Below are positions 16,793 through 27,763 of a stretch of 64,000 bases of DNA, piece by piece. The DNA is from Patescibacteria group bacterium (lineage in GTDB: Bacteria; Patescibacteriota; Patescibacteriia; UBA9570). The stretch covers positions 226,268 through 290,267 of the forward strand of contig JBAZWO010000001.1 in assembly GCA_041660305.1 (NCBI GenBank), given 5' to 3'. The notes under the pieces are model-generated. The model was not told the DNA's origin. It did not search any database and saw nothing but the letters and a program-made list of their open reading frames with translations. Numbering within the stretch: position 1 is the first letter of the stretch; each line of letters begins with the position of its first letter. A program made the position numbers and the translations under genes.

Positions 16793-19087
16793 TTATTTTG
16801 CCCCATAATCCACAATTGGCACTGCTCCATTGTTATCGGATATGCCATAACCACGATTTAACTTAGCAGTTTGACCATCTGGATTAACTATTTTTACCTG
16901 ATAATAACCGGTTTTCATGTCACCAAAAGGAATTACTACACTTAATTCAGTGCTGGAATTAACATAGGTTTTATTAGCTTTGTGTGAACCAAAATATACT
17001 ACTGTACCATAGCGAAAATTACTGCCTAATACTTGTAAGGCTTTTGTTTCGCCAGACTGTCCGGTATATATGTTTTCATTAGGATTAACTGCTGTAATAC
17101 CAGGTGCCGGATCGGCATACGGTGCCACTCCTTTTACATCAATAATTCTAATTTGATCATTGCGATTATCGGCCACTAACAATTTATTCTTTCCGGCAAT
17201 CATGCCCATCGGACCACTAAATTCCGCTTGTTTAGCCGTACCATTGCGATAGCCAATATTGCCAGATCCACTCACTAATTTAGTTACTTTTAAATTTAAA
17301 TCTAATAATCGTACGCGTTGACTGCCGGCTTCTGTAACATAAAGCTTTTTACCGCGCCGGGCGATAGTATCGGGATACGAAAACCGACTAGAACTAAATA
17401 ACCCTTCGGCATAACCAGCTAAGCCATTACCGGCTACTGTAGTTACTTTACCATTAGCTAAATTAAGCCGCCGAACCACATGATTATCACGATCGGTAAT
17501 ATATAATTTAGTCACGTCTTTATTTGCTACCATAGACCAGGGTGTATTAAACCGTGCCGCTTCCCCTACTCCATTTACTAAGCCAGATTGTTGTGGTTTT
17601 CCGGCCACTAATGCTGTAACACCAGTAGCGATATTCACTTTGCGGATTACTTCGTTGCCGGCGTCGGCTACATATAAATATTTCTCATCGGCTGACAACA
17701 CAATCCCGGCCGGTTGATTGAAATAAGCACAGCCAGATTTTGCTGCTGTAAACTCATCCAAACACGCTTTTCCTTCCGCGTAACCATTGTTTTTATTGCC
17801 ATTGCCATTAATCATGCCAGCGCCCGTTAAATAAGAAACGTAACCAGTGGCTACATCCACTACTCGAATACGATGGTTCCAACGATCAGCTACATATAAT
17901 GTGGTACCGGCTTTGTTCACTGCTAAACTAGCTGGCGAAGAAAACCGGGCTCGATCTGGCCTACCTTCACGATAATTATCTACACTACTAGCTGTAATAT
18001 AATGTAATTCTTTGGTTTTCCGATTAATTTTTTTAATTTTATTATTCTCAATAAAATAAACCCACTGTCCGGTTTTCACCATAGCTACTGGCCGACCTAA
18101 TAATTGTTTGGCATCATTATTTTGAAAACGTTCCGCCCCGGCATAAATTTCATTATCATTGGAATCTGCCACGCTAAATCGATGAATTGTACCGATACCA
18201 TAATTAGCTACATAAAGCTGTTCATTTAAATACGTTAGCCCGGCTGGAAAATTAATCGACACCATGTTCACATCGGAAGCTAATAACGACACAGTGCAAG
18301 TAGTTAAATCTATCTGACGCACATAATCATCAAAGCCGTTGCCATCACTAACAAATAATTTATCTGATCCATTACTAGTAATGCCCCAAATGTTATTAAA
18401 TTTTGCCTCTGTACAAGTACCGTCTTTGTTACCACTCACACCGGTACCGGCTAAAACAGATTTTGTTCCAGTAGTTAAATTAACCTGTACAATCTGATAA
18501 GAGCCGCTGTTGGCAATATAAGCGCTGTTATCAATAATAGTTAGTTTCTTTGGTGCATTTAAATCGCTCACTATTGTAGTAACATTACCGCCCGTGCTGG
18601 CTACTTTTTTTAAAGCGTTATTACCGGTATCTAAAAACAACACAGCGTTACCATATAAGGCCACGCCTTCTGGTTTGTTTAAATTATTAGCTAACACCGT
18701 AGCCGTTCCGGCCTGAATTTTTTCAATGGCATTGTTATCTTTATCTGCCACAAATAAATCACCGGCGCTATTAATAGCCACTCCGGCCGGATATGCTAAT
18801 TCCCCGGTACCACTACCATAAGAACCAGTACCATACACCGTAGATGCCGTACCAGCCGTATCAATCTTTCTAATCACGTTATTATAAGTATCCGCAATAA
18901 AAAAATTACCAGCGCTATCATGCGTAATATCTTCAGGAAAATCAAGGTACATTTCAGCTCGGTTATACCCATCGCCCCAATACACTTGGCTAACCCAGGT
19001 AGTAGTATCGCCATAGGTGGCCAATGTAGCTATAGGCGAGCCCAATACTAAACTTATTACCAAATAGCGCGCAAATTTTGTTACCAT
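16793..19087 (-). CDS. Secreted NHL-repeat beta-propeller protein with a C-terminal IPT/TIG-like domain
   Basis: Signal peptide and many NHL-like units (PAGVAINSAGDLFVADKDNNAIEKI and similar). The C-terminus is Ig-like (ITAVNPN...LQVLGSNF...YFG). Confidence 0.75.
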   Translation of the reverse strand: MVTKFARYLVISLVLGSPIATLATYGDTTTWVSQVYWGDGYNRAEMYLDFPEDITHDSAGNFFIADTYNNVIRKIDTAGTASTVYGTGSYGSGTGELAYPAGVAINSAGDLFVADKDNNAIEKIQAGTATVLANNLNKPEGVALYGNAVLFLDTGNNALKKVASTGGNVTTIVSDLNAPKKLTIIDNSAYIANSGSYQIVQVNLTTGTKSVLAGTGVSGNKDGTCTEAKFNNIWGITSNGSDKLFVSDGNGFDDYVRQIDLTTCTVSLLASDVNMVSINFPAGLTYLNEQLYVANYGIGTIHRFSVADSNDNEIYAGAERFQNNDAKQLLGRPVAMVKTGQWVYFIENNKIKKINRKTKELHYITASSVDNYREGRPDRARFSSPASLAVNKAGTTLYVADRWNHRIRVVDVATGYVSYLTGAGMINGNGNKNNGYAEGKACLDEFTAAKSGCAYFNQPAGIVLSADEKYLYVADAGNEVIRKVNIATGVTALVAGKPQQSGLVNGVGEAARFNTPWSMVANKDVTKLYITDRDNHVVRRLNLANGKVTTVAGNGLAGYAEGLFSSSRFSYPDTIARRGKKLYVTEAGSQRVRLLDLNLKVTKLVSGSGNIGYRNGTAKQAEFSGPMGMIAGKNKLLVADNRNDQIRIIDVKGVAPYADPAPGITAVNPNENIYTGQSGETKALQVLGSNFRYGTVVYFGSHKANKTYVNSSTELSVVIPFGDMKTGYYQVKIVNPDGQTAKLNRGYGISDNNGAVPIVDYGAK

Positions 19088-19166
19088 ATAAATCCTCCGG
19101 TTAATAGATTAATAAATTAAAATTGATACTTATATAATACGATATTTATTACTTGTGAACAAGGTA

Positions 19167-19271
19167 CTACCTCTATCCCCAACCCTTTCCCCTAATCAGG
19201 GGAAAGGGAGTAATGCAATTTTAATTTTTCCCCCTCTCCTGGATAGGAGAGGGGGTTAGGGGGAGAGGTAG
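19167..19271. repeat. Nested pyrimidine/purine palindromic element, copy B2
   Basis: CTACCTCTATCCCCAACCCTTTCCCCTAA...; hairpins CCCTTTCCCCtaatcaGGGGAAAGGG and CCCCCTCTCCtggataGGAGAGGGGG; right end GGGGGAGAGGTAG. Confidence 0.85.
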
Positions 19272-19284
19272 TTTTAATCTATAA

Positions 19285-21300
19285 TCATTCCAGGCTTAAT
19301 TCAAATTGTCCAACTTGTGACCAATCTGTTTCAGACAGTACCGTGATATTGTAAGCACTAATAATATAAAGATAATCGTTAATGTATAATGCACGCTTAC
19401 TGTTTATATCACTTAAGGCTTTCTTTAGCTCTAGTTTATTATTTGCATACGAGAAGACATAACCACCTTTGGTGCCAGGAATAAAAAATACTTGCTGTTT
19501 ACTATCTAGTAAGAAACCATGGTGATTAGTTAATAAATCAGAGCTGTATTCACTTAAATTATAATGATCAGCTTCCACTGGATTAGCTGGATCCGTAACA
19601 TCAAATAATGACAACTTTACCGCCCCAGCCTCTTTACCTACGCCTAACACCAGCGTATCCGTAATAGGATGTAAATACGAAGAATAACCAGGAATTTTTA
19701 ATTCCCCTACTTTTTTTGGTGCCGCTGGATTGGTTAAATCGAACACAAAAAACGGATCGGTTTGTTTGAAGGTAACTAAATAACCCTTGTTGCCAAGAAA
19801 CCGTGCCGAATAAATTTTTTCATCATTACCTAAATTTTCCACACTACCTAATTGCTGTAAATTAGTATCCAACACATATAAATCATTAGTTTGTTCTATC
19901 TGGCCACTTGGTAAATCAAACAGATCATTAACATTACTACCACCAATTGTTGTGGCTAAACGTAAATTGCCTTGATACTCATCTAGCGAAAATTGATTGA
20001 GTAAAGTACCTGGTACATTGGCTGTAGCCGTAATGGTTAAATCAGTTAACTGCACTTTTGTAAGGGCTGTAGTAACTAATTCACGCTGATGAGCGGTAAA
20101 AAAATCCTGCCCTCGATTGGTTAATTCCGTTTCTAGCGTTAAGCGCTCAGCACTGGATAAACTATTGGTATATTTATTTAAAATCGTGCCTAATTCCATC
20201 ATTTTAGTAGCCGCCGACAAATCATATCCAGCTACTTGCTGTAAATGTTTTGTAACATCATCTGGCAACAAATCTATCACTGTTGCGTTTAAAAAATCCA
20301 CTATTAACATTGCCATATCTGCTGGAAAGGCCGTGGTTAAATATAAATTATCGGCTGATTGATACAAAACAATGTTATTTGGTGAACCAACGAACGATAA
20401 CTTTTTTTGTGTTTCACCCGTGCTAGGATTTATTTTTAACACCGTAAACGTAGTATCAGTCTCTGTAGCCACTATTGGATGATAAATATCAAAACAATTA
20501 ACCTCTATATTTTTTTCAGCCAGTGTAGCTGGTGTAAACGGACAAGGCTTGCTTTCATTAATCACCGAGCGAGTAATTAAATAAAGCGTGTTATTAGCTA
20601 ACCGAGCTGATTCATATTCTGTCTGCTCGGCCAACTTCATTTGCCACACTTGTTTTGGCGTAGCTGGATTGGCTACATCGTAAGCCGTAATCACTTGATT
20701 AGACAATACAATTAAGGTGTTATCATTTAATAATAAATTACCACTATCTGTTATCGTGCTAGCTAATACTGGGTTAGTAGGTGGCAATGTTGTAATTACT
20801 TTAGTAGCGTTTTCGCCAGTTACGCTGCGTTGATAATAAGGATAAGTAGAATATAATTCTGATAAAAATAAATTTGTCCCATCGGTTTTTACCATATCCG
20901 GTTCATCCACGCCAGTTACTTGCACGTTCGTTTCCGATACTCGTTCTACGGTTTGTTTAACTTGTTCTGCGGAACCAAGGGCCAGGTCATCTGTAGTTGC
21001 GCCAGTACTAGTAGTATTGGCATCAAACGTAACAGATTCAGCAAAAGATGACTGAACATCAAATGAACTAGCAGCATTGATAGCAGTCGCTTTAGCTAAA
21101 TAAGCCTTAAAATCATCAATCGAAGTAAACGCAGTTAATTGTGTATTAGTTTCAGTTAACGCAGTTGCGCTATTATTATTGTTACTATTAATAGTATTGT
21201 CAGCCGGCTTAATTTTATAAAAATACAATACTGCTAAATTAGAAAATGTTAACAATAACACCCCACCAATAAGCAGGGTGATAAGTAATTTGTGTTTCAT
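19285..21300 (-). CDS. Secreted beta-propeller-domain protein (resembles the Beta_propel/PF09826 family)
   Basis: N-terminal TM/signal segment and the motif SETNVQVTGVDEPDMVKTDG, which I recognise as typical of that family. Confidence 0.55.
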   Translation of the reverse strand: MKHKLLITLLIGGVLLLTFSNLAVLYFYKIKPADNTINSNNNNSATALTETNTQLTAFTSIDDFKAYLAKATAINAASSFDVQSSFAESVTFDANTTSTGATTDDLALGSAEQVKQTVERVSETNVQVTGVDEPDMVKTDGTNLFLSELYSTYPYYQRSVTGENATKVITTLPPTNPVLASTITDSGNLLLNDNTLIVLSNQVITAYDVANPATPKQVWQMKLAEQTEYESARLANNTLYLITRSVINESKPCPFTPATLAEKNIEVNCFDIYHPIVATETDTTFTVLKINPSTGETQKKLSFVGSPNNIVLYQSADNLYLTTAFPADMAMLIVDFLNATVIDLLPDDVTKHLQQVAGYDLSAATKMMELGTILNKYTNSLSSAERLTLETELTNRGQDFFTAHQRELVTTALTKVQLTDLTITATANVPGTLLNQFSLDEYQGNLRLATTIGGSNVNDLFDLPSGQIEQTNDLYVLDTNLQQLGSVENLGNDEKIYSARFLGNKGYLVTFKQTDPFFVFDLTNPAAPKKVGELKIPGYSSYLHPITDTLVLGVGKEAGAVKLSLFDVTDPANPVEADHYNLSEYSSDLLTNHHGFLLDSKQQVFFIPGTKGGYVFSYANNKLELKKALSDINSKRALYINDYLYIISAYNITVLSETDWSQVGQFELSLE

Positions 21301-21333
21301 ATAAAAAAATTAAGCCTAAAATTAAAATGCTAA

Positions 21334-22314
21334 TTAATTTGACACACAAAATACCTTGGCCGTATCGGCACAATCTACTTGGGTGGGGTGATTACCCTTG
21401 GCTGTAATAGCAGGACTGGTCGACCAACTGGCATCGTATAATTTATCATTATCACTCTGTAATACAGCGTGATCGGTTTCTAATGTAGCGGTAAACACAT
21501 AAGCTGTTTTATCACTCGATACGTAATATACATAATCGCTATTGCCTATTGGTGGATAAGTAATGTTCGTCAGGTACTTATCTAATACCTTCCCTAATTC
21601 TTCCCAGCTACTGGCCGAAGGATATGTGCCTGTGTCGCTGTAGTACAATTCTACGGCACTTTGTAATTGTTTCAAATCAGAAACTTGTTTGGTATCACGC
21701 GCTGTTACTACCGCTGGAAATTTACTTGGATTGCTATTTGTAATATTGTTTGTACTAGTACTATTATTAGCTGTGCTAGTGCCGTCAGTTAATTGTTGTT
21801 TAATATCACCAAATAAATCGTTTACCAGCTCATCAATATTTTTAATGCCAACAATTTTCCAAGTGCGCTGCTGGGTTTGTTGTAGTTGTAATATTATTGT
21901 GCGCTCTGCACCAGTAATAGTGCAATAAGCAAAACTATCTGCTTGTGTGCACACTAACTTTTTTCTTAATAACACATCTGACCAAGTGATATTATTAAAC
22001 GATGACAACAAGCCAGTTTGCGAACTATTAGTTTGCAATGAAGTAGTGATTAATTTTGGTAACAATTTTTCCGCTAACCCACCTAATATTGGCGCCTTAT
22101 CAGACACCTGTTTTATTACTACCGTAGTAATCTGTTCAGCTAACACATCCACATCTACATATTGTTTTACCGTTTCCACATCTTGCCGCTGATACGCCTG
22201 CTTTAATTGCCACAACGAATATTCCGGCCGACCCATGATAATATAAATCAAGGCTCCGGCGCTTAAAGCTAACACTAATAAAATGCTGCCTAAAATAATA
22301 AGTAGTTTTTTCAT
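21334..22314 (-). CDS. Membrane-anchored protein with a C-terminal pilin/pseudopilin-like domain
   Basis: N-terminal TM segment. The C-terminal ARDTKQVSDLKQLQSAVELYYSDTGTYPS resembles the conserved stretch after the pilin N-terminal helix. Confidence 0.4.
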   Translation of the reverse strand: MKKLLIILGSILLVLALSAGALIYIIMGRPEYSLWQLKQAYQRQDVETVKQYVDVDVLAEQITTVVIKQVSDKAPILGGLAEKLLPKLITTSLQTNSSQTGLLSSFNNITWSDVLLRKKLVCTQADSFAYCTITGAERTIILQLQQTQQRTWKIVGIKNIDELVNDLFGDIKQQLTDGTSTANNSTSTNNITNSNPSKFPAVVTARDTKQVSDLKQLQSAVELYYSDTGTYPSASSWEELGKVLDKYLTNITYPPIGNSDYVYYVSSDKTAYVFTATLETDHAVLQSDNDKLYDASWSTSPAITAKGNHPTQVDCADTAKVFCVSN

Positions 22315-22327
22315 AAAATTAAATAAT

Positions 22328-23176
22328 TTAGGCGGCCATTGCTTGAGCTTCTGGCTGAGCTTGCCTTTGTATATTCTCTAAGCTTACTAATAATCCATAT
22401 GCTTCGCTTTGTAATGCCATTGAAGCTGGATATTGTTTTTGTAATACTTCTGTACTACTAGATAAATCACTATAATCATTTGGTCTTAATAATTCACTTA
22501 AAACTTGAGGTTCTGCTGTGATTAAATCTGACAACTCATTCATAGCTACTCGCGCTTCAGGAGCTGTTTTAGCTAACTTAATTTCATTACAATAATTTTT
22601 AAATAAATATTCTTGAAATGAACTAGCTGAATTTTCTTTTTTCATAATAAATTCAGCTATACGACCTTTTAACTTTAAATAATTAGCTAATAAATCCACA
22701 CTCACATCTTTAATAAAACGCGGATCTTGATTCATTCTTTTTATTTCTTCAATTCGTTGATCTAAATAGTCATTAGCTTGCTGCCAAGATTCTATACTTT
22801 TAATTCGTGCTATGGAATCCATTTCTTTTATATTATCAAATAAACTAGCTGGTGTTGTTGGTAATTTAATAGTTGCGGCCTCCATTCTTGCCCTTCTGGG
22901 GGTTTCTTCTGGGATTTCATTTTTTCGTGCACCAGATTGCCTAGCTGAGTCTTCCACTGGATAAGATCGTGTTGGTTCTACTCGTTCCGTTTGCGCTGTA
23001 GCTAATTCCGGTTTAGACCGAACAGTTGGAACTTCAGGTTGTGGAACAATGCGTAATGACTCACGAGACGATAGCTGTCGTTCCGTTTGTGCTGTTACTT
23101 GTTCTGTTGCAGCTTCAGGATCTACTTCTTGTTCTTGCCGTCTTGTAATGACAGTCATTTCTCTTAGGTTTTGCAT
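22328..23176 (-). CDS. Hypothetical protein (disordered, charged N-terminus)
   Basis: 282-aa ORF with no recognisable motif. Confidence 0.4.
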   Translation of the reverse strand: MQNLREMTVITRRQEQEVDPEAATEQVTAQTERQLSSRESLRIVPQPEVPTVRSKPELATAQTERVEPTRSYPVEDSARQSGARKNEIPEETPRRARMEAATIKLPTTPASLFDNIKEMDSIARIKSIESWQQANDYLDQRIEEIKRMNQDPRFIKDVSVDLLANYLKLKGRIAEFIMKKENSASSFQEYLFKNYCNEIKLAKTAPEARVAMNELSDLITAEPQVLSELLRPNDYSDLSSSTEVLQKQYPASMALQSEAYGLLVSLENIQRQAQPEAQAMAA

Positions 23177-23234
23177 AATTTTATTTAAAAAATGATTAAT
23201 TTATTTGATTGAAAGTATTATTTAATATACCAAA

Positions 23235-24164
23235 TTATTTTACATTTGTCAAATAATTTTTTAGGTGGCTCATGGACGCAAACCGTTTAGTTTTATCAAC
23301 TTGCGTCATTATCTTAATCGCCTGTTGCAATATCATTTCCTGATTATTTTTCGGTTGGGGAAATAAATAATATTTTAACGTTTCCCCACTGGCTACGGCT
23401 TGAGCGATTTCTTTAGACGTGCGCTCACGTTCTTTACCATCTTGGCCTATTTCATAACGCGCACTAATTAAATGACCATAGGTTAACGTGGCAATTAAAG
23501 CGCCGAGTGAATAAATATCTGCTCGAGCATCGACGGGTTCACCGGTAACGTGTTCGAACGAAATAAATTGCATAGTACCCGTAATTAACGCTGGCTTACG
23601 AAACGGTTTATTTAAAGCTGTATTTAAAATTGGCCGTTGCGCCGCGCCCCAATCTACAATGTATAGTTCCCGTTGCTGATTGAGCATTAAGTTGCTGGCT
23701 TTAATATCACAGTGTACTACTCCCCGAGCATGGACTTGTTCAAAAATAATCGCTGCTCGTTTGAGTAACTCTAGCGCATCACTAATTAATAAACGCTGTT
23801 GCTGATGTTGTTTACGCCATTGTGCCAAATCAATACCGTTAATCTGCTCCAAAATAATGGCAATGTATTCTTGTTCATCATTAATCGGCAAACGCGTTAC
23901 CCCATAATATTTTGGCACACCGGTAACCCCTAATAAACAATGTAACGTATTAGCTTCGTGTAACAAATCACTTTTGGTATCCACGCCCAAGGCTAAACTA
24001 TACCCCTTGGCCAACGGATGTGATAACTTAATAGCTATCGGCTGCTGAGTAGCTATTAATTTTCCGGCCACAATATTACCTTGGTGACCGGGATGAATAA
24101 TCTGGTCGGGATAAATAATAACCTGTTCTCCATTGGCACAGGTTGTTGTATATGTTTTAGACAT
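23235..24164 (-). CDS. Serine/threonine protein kinase-like protein
   Basis: IAIKL (VAIK-like), HCDIKASNLML (HRD-type catalytic loop) and DWG in place of DFG. Confidence 0.7.
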   Translation of the reverse strand: MSKTYTTTCANGEQVIIYPDQIIHPGHQGNIVAGKLIATQQPIAIKLSHPLAKGYSLALGVDTKSDLLHEANTLHCLLGVTGVPKYYGVTRLPINDEQEYIAIILEQINGIDLAQWRKQHQQQRLLISDALELLKRAAIIFEQVHARGVVHCDIKASNLMLNQQRELYIVDWGAAQRPILNTALNKPFRKPALITGTMQFISFEHVTGEPVDARADIYSLGALIATLTYGHLISARYEIGQDGKERERTSKEIAQAVASGETLKYYLFPQPKNNQEMILQQAIKIMTQVDKTKRFASMSHLKNYLTNVK

Positions 24165-24201
24165 AACTATATTAATAGTAAATCACAAATTACTCCCGAC
24201 G

Positions 24202-24762
24202 TTAAGCTAATCTAACCCCCGGGTTAAACCCGGGGGTTAGATAAAGAAGTTTTTTTCGCTGCTTATAATCTGGTATTGTTTTTGCCACTAACTGCCAAAA
24301 ATTTTTTCCATGATTCATTTCTGGCACATGGCACAATTCATGTACAATAATATAATCCGCTAATTCGGTTGGCAATTTTATAAGGCGATAATTAAAATTA
24401 AGGTTACCATGCCTTGAACAACTCCCCCAGCGGGTGTGTTGATTACGAATGGCTATTTTTTTATAAGTGAAATGATAATACTGATTAAAAAACGTTAACC
24501 GGTCTTGCACTAATTTACGCGCTACTGCTTTATGCTTTAAATAATCAGCCTGATTTCCGGAATGTAATAACGGTAACGGCCGGCTAGTTTGTTGAGCAAT
24601 TTTTTGCTTAATCCAAGCTTGGTGAGTAGCGATGAATAGCTTAATTCTCCAATTACCAATACGATACGGTACCGTAACCACACACCGACCGGTAGGATAA
24701 ACCGTAATGCGCATACGCTTAACTTGTTTACTGCGTTTTATTTCCATAAAATTTTGAATCAC
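24202..24762 (-). CDS. YgjP/DUF45-type (M48-like, SprT-like) metallopeptidase
   Basis: HELCHVPEMNHGKNFW (HExxH...H). The track start is GTG and a later ATG is possible. The 3' end runs through the GC palindrome CTAACCCCCGGGTT/AACCCGGGGGTTAG. Confidence 0.75.
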   Translation of the reverse strand: MIQNFMEIKRSKQVKRMRITVYPTGRCVVTVPYRIGNWRIKLFIATHQAWIKQKIAQQTSRPLPLLHSGNQADYLKHKAVARKLVQDRLTFFNQYYHFTYKKIAIRNQHTRWGSCSRHGNLNFNYRLIKLPTELADYIIVHELCHVPEMNHGKNFWQLVAKTIPDYKQRKKLLYLTPGFNPGVRLA

Positions 24763-24906
24763 AGATAATTCTGATAAATGCTGATGACACTGATAAATAC
24801 AAATTTAATTAATTGCATTATCTGCCCGCCTAGCTCGCCTCGATTCGGCGAAGCGGGCCGGCGAGGCTGGTGTCATCATGAATTATATCAGTGTAATCTG
24901 TGATTC
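24756..24906. repeat. About 150-bp imperfect palindrome with AT-rich CTGAT-motif arms and a GC-rich core
   Basis: The ends are GAATCACAGAT...TGATGACAC (24756-24790) and GTGTCATCA...ATCTGTGATTC (24870-24906). The core is GCCTCG...CGAGGC. Arm motifs recur at 62038-62090. Confidence 0.7.
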
Positions 24907-24916
24907 TACAATTTAA

Positions 24917-26365
24917 TTAACGTAGTGATTCCAAATCCAACGTCTCCGTAATATTTAATTGCTCCACAAACTCTTGATCGTGACTGACTAAAATAATAGC
25001 GCCATTAAATTTGTTGAGCGCTTTGGCAATAACCGGTAAATGCCGAAAATTAATGTGATTTGTGGGTTCATCCAGAATTAATAAGCCTGGTTTTTGCAAC
25101 ATAAAACGGGCATAACAGAGCAGTCCCTTTTGCCCTTCGGATAACGAACCAATGGGATGATGCAACAACTCTGAATTAAGTAAAAAGTGAGCCGCCGCGG
25201 CATAGAGATCTTGATCGATTTCTTTTAATTGTACAGCTCGCAACGCGGCAAAAGCGGTTTGATCGAACACTAATCCGGAAAAATCTTGGCGATAATATCC
25301 TACTCGCACATCTTCGCCAATCACTAAGCCAGCTTCTTTCTGACTAGCTAACTTTTCTAGTAACGTAGTTTTACCAATGCCGTTTGGCCCAGTAATCCGT
25401 AAACATTCTCCACGGCGTAACACAATATCTACCGTTTTGCGCATCGGTTTATCGTGTTGCATCATGGTTACCGCTTGAATCCGCACTACCGGATTAGCCA
25501 CCTCTTGCGCCTGAATAATAAATGGCCGAATGGTTTTATCTTCTTGGCGCACGTTCACTACTTCTGATTCAGCTTCTTCAATTTGTTCTTTCATTTTACT
25601 GGCTAATTTGCGCATCTTGCCGCCTTTATGGGAAAAAAAGTTCACTTTCTCTTTGCGGTCGATAATCTGTTTCTGCAAACGAGCATTTTGCCGTTGTTCA
25701 CGTTCTATTTGAGCGCTAATTTCTTCTACTACAACAAAATAATTCCCCACATATTGCTGTACTTTATGAGTAAACACATCTAAATGTAGCACGCCTTCGG
25801 TAAACGTATTTAAAAAGCCGGCGTCATGCGAAATCACCAGCACGGTTTTAGGATATTCCAATAAAAATTGCGTCAGATGATCAATCCCTTGTGTATCTAA
25901 ATTATTCGTCGGCTCATCTAATAATAAAATATCCGGATTCTGAATCAGCGCCTGCGCTAATAACAACCTGGCCTGTTGACCACCGGATAACTGTTTTAAT
26001 GTTCTATCTAATGGCACGTTTAAATGCACTACATCTAGAACCTGCGTAATTCTACGATCCAAATCGTACATTTTTTTATCGAACGCTGTAGCAAAATAAT
26101 CGCGTACGGTTAATACTAAATAATCACGCGCCAACACTTGTTTGGCAATGCCAATAGTAGCGCCTGGCTTAATATGAATATTACCTGTTTCCGGTTTTAG
26201 TTCGCCGGTAATCATTTTAAATATAGTGCTCTTGCCGGCGCCATTTTGACCCATGATGGTAATTTTAGCCTGTTCCCGAACCGAAAAATCCGCTTCATTT
26301 AAAATGATCTTCTTACTACTATATTGATAGGATGCTTGATTAAAACGAATGGCGATATCACTCAT
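24917..26365 (-). CDS. ABC-F family ATPase (two ABC domains, no TM)
   Basis: Two Walker A motifs (GQNGAGKST, GPNGIGKTT) and two signatures (LSGGQQ, LSEGQK), with a charged linker. I prefer the internal ATG at 26365 (MSDIAIRF) over the track start at 26431. Confidence 0.85.
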   Translation of the reverse strand: MSDIAIRFNQASYQYSSKKIILNEADFSVREQAKITIMGQNGAGKSTIFKMITGELKPETGNIHIKPGATIGIAKQVLARDYLVLTVRDYFATAFDKKMYDLDRRITQVLDVVHLNVPLDRTLKQLSGGQQARLLLAQALIQNPDILLLDEPTNNLDTQGIDHLTQFLLEYPKTVLVISHDAGFLNTFTEGVLHLDVFTHKVQQYVGNYFVVVEEISAQIEREQRQNARLQKQIIDRKEKVNFFSHKGGKMRKLASKMKEQIEEAESEVVNVRQEDKTIRPFIIQAQEVANPVVRIQAVTMMQHDKPMRKTVDIVLRRGECLRITGPNGIGKTTLLEKLASQKEAGLVIGEDVRVGYYRQDFSGLVFDQTAFAALRAVQLKEIDQDLYAAAAHFLLNSELLHHPIGSLSEGQKGLLCYARFMLQKPGLLILDEPTNHINFRHLPVIAKALNKFNGAIILVSHDQEFVEQLNITETLDLESLR

Positions 26366-26449
26366 AAAAAATAAGCCTGGATAATACCCAGACAGCTGTA
26401 TTAGAGTAATGGATTTTAGGAAGGGAGTCAAATTGCTGGAAAGCTCACT

Positions 26450-27601
26450 CTATTTAAAAGTAAACGCCTTGGCAGTACTGCCATATACATAAAATGTATT
26501 CTTACCAATTAAAATAGCGTCCACATATTTCGGACCAGCACTAGGATCGCCTAAATAAGCTTCTGAAATACGCTCTACTTGGTTGGTGTTTTGGCCAATT
26601 CTAAACATGTAACCGCTAGGATACGTGGAAAAATATAAATATTTCGCCTTATCATCCTTGGTTTTTCTGGCGAAAATAGTAACTGCTTCTTCGCTGGTTA
26701 TGCCTATATCGATTTCTTCCCAACCATATAACGTAGGCTCTTGGCTACGAAACAGTTTAGTAAAATTTGTACTGGTAAACATATTCGTACCAAATGTAGC
26801 CATGTACAAATAACCGTTAAACTCAACTAAATTAGTACCGTAACCATTTAGCCAAATGTTAAATGGTAACTTTGTCCAATGTTCGCCATCACTGGTACGA
26901 TACAGGCTGGCATTACCAGTAACAATATATAAATAGGGCATTTTGCCCCCAGAGCTATTAGTATGATTAATTACCGCCGCGCTAACTATGCCCGGCGCTT
27001 GCATATATTCAGAAAATTTCTGCACCGTCCACTCCCCTGTTTTGCCGGTATCCGATACAAACATTCTGGCGCCACTACCACCGTCATCAATGTCATTTTC
27101 AGTAAACGCGTAAATTTTATTATTGAACGACAAAATATGATTAATCACATCGTTGTTTTTTGAATCTAACCCATCGGCAATCACCCTCTGCCAACTCTCC
27201 CCGTTACTAGAGCGGTACACATTAGCGCCGGAGCCTATGTTAGCGGCCGCTACATAAATGTGCTTATTATCGTTATTATTAGTCCACACCGTAGCACTAG
27301 TAATATCGCTATCGCCATCATAACCAAACGAACCATTGGTTTGTTCCCACTTAATGCCATCACTCGAGTTCACCAGGCCAAATGCCCGGCCACCATCTAC
27401 GCTTTTACCAGACCCAGAAAACGCGTAAAATTTATCATTAAATTTTTGGATTAACGTAAAAAAACAGCTCACGTTTCCGGTAATATCCAACGGTACATTT
27501 TTCCAAGTAAACACATTGTCGGTAGCCGCTTGGCTAAGCAACGGCATAAATAAAAACAAACTCATTAAACTAACTTTTAGTAAATAATTACGTTGTTTCA
27601 T
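26450..27601 (-). CDS. Secreted Asp-box (BNR-like) repeat beta-propeller-type protein
   Basis: Signal peptide, then YRSSNGESWQRV, YRTSDGEHWTKL and NSSDGIKWEQT. Confidence 0.55.
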   Translation of the reverse strand: MKQRNYLLKVSLMSLFLFMPLLSQAATDNVFTWKNVPLDITGNVSCFFTLIQKFNDKFYAFSGSGKSVDGGRAFGLVNSSDGIKWEQTNGSFGYDGDSDITSATVWTNNNDNKHIYVAAANIGSGANVYRSSNGESWQRVIADGLDSKNNDVINHILSFNNKIYAFTENDIDDGGSGARMFVSDTGKTGEWTVQKFSEYMQAPGIVSAAVINHTNSSGGKMPYLYIVTGNASLYRTSDGEHWTKLPFNIWLNGYGTNLVEFNGYLYMATFGTNMFTSTNFTKLFRSQEPTLYGWEEIDIGITSEEAVTIFARKTKDDKAKYLYFSTYPSGYMFRIGQNTNQVERISEAYLGDPSAGPKYVDAILIGKNTFYVYGSTAKAFTFK

Positions 27602-27763
27602 AAGCCTTATTTAACCAAAAAAATATCTTTTGGTCAAAAAAAATCAGGCTTATAGCGCTGGGTTATCCAGTAATCTACAAAAGTAGAAATTGAATATTGG
27701 TATGTTAAAATTCGAAAAATGTCCGCAATGTGATTCCAATGAAGTATATATAAATGTGCTCTA

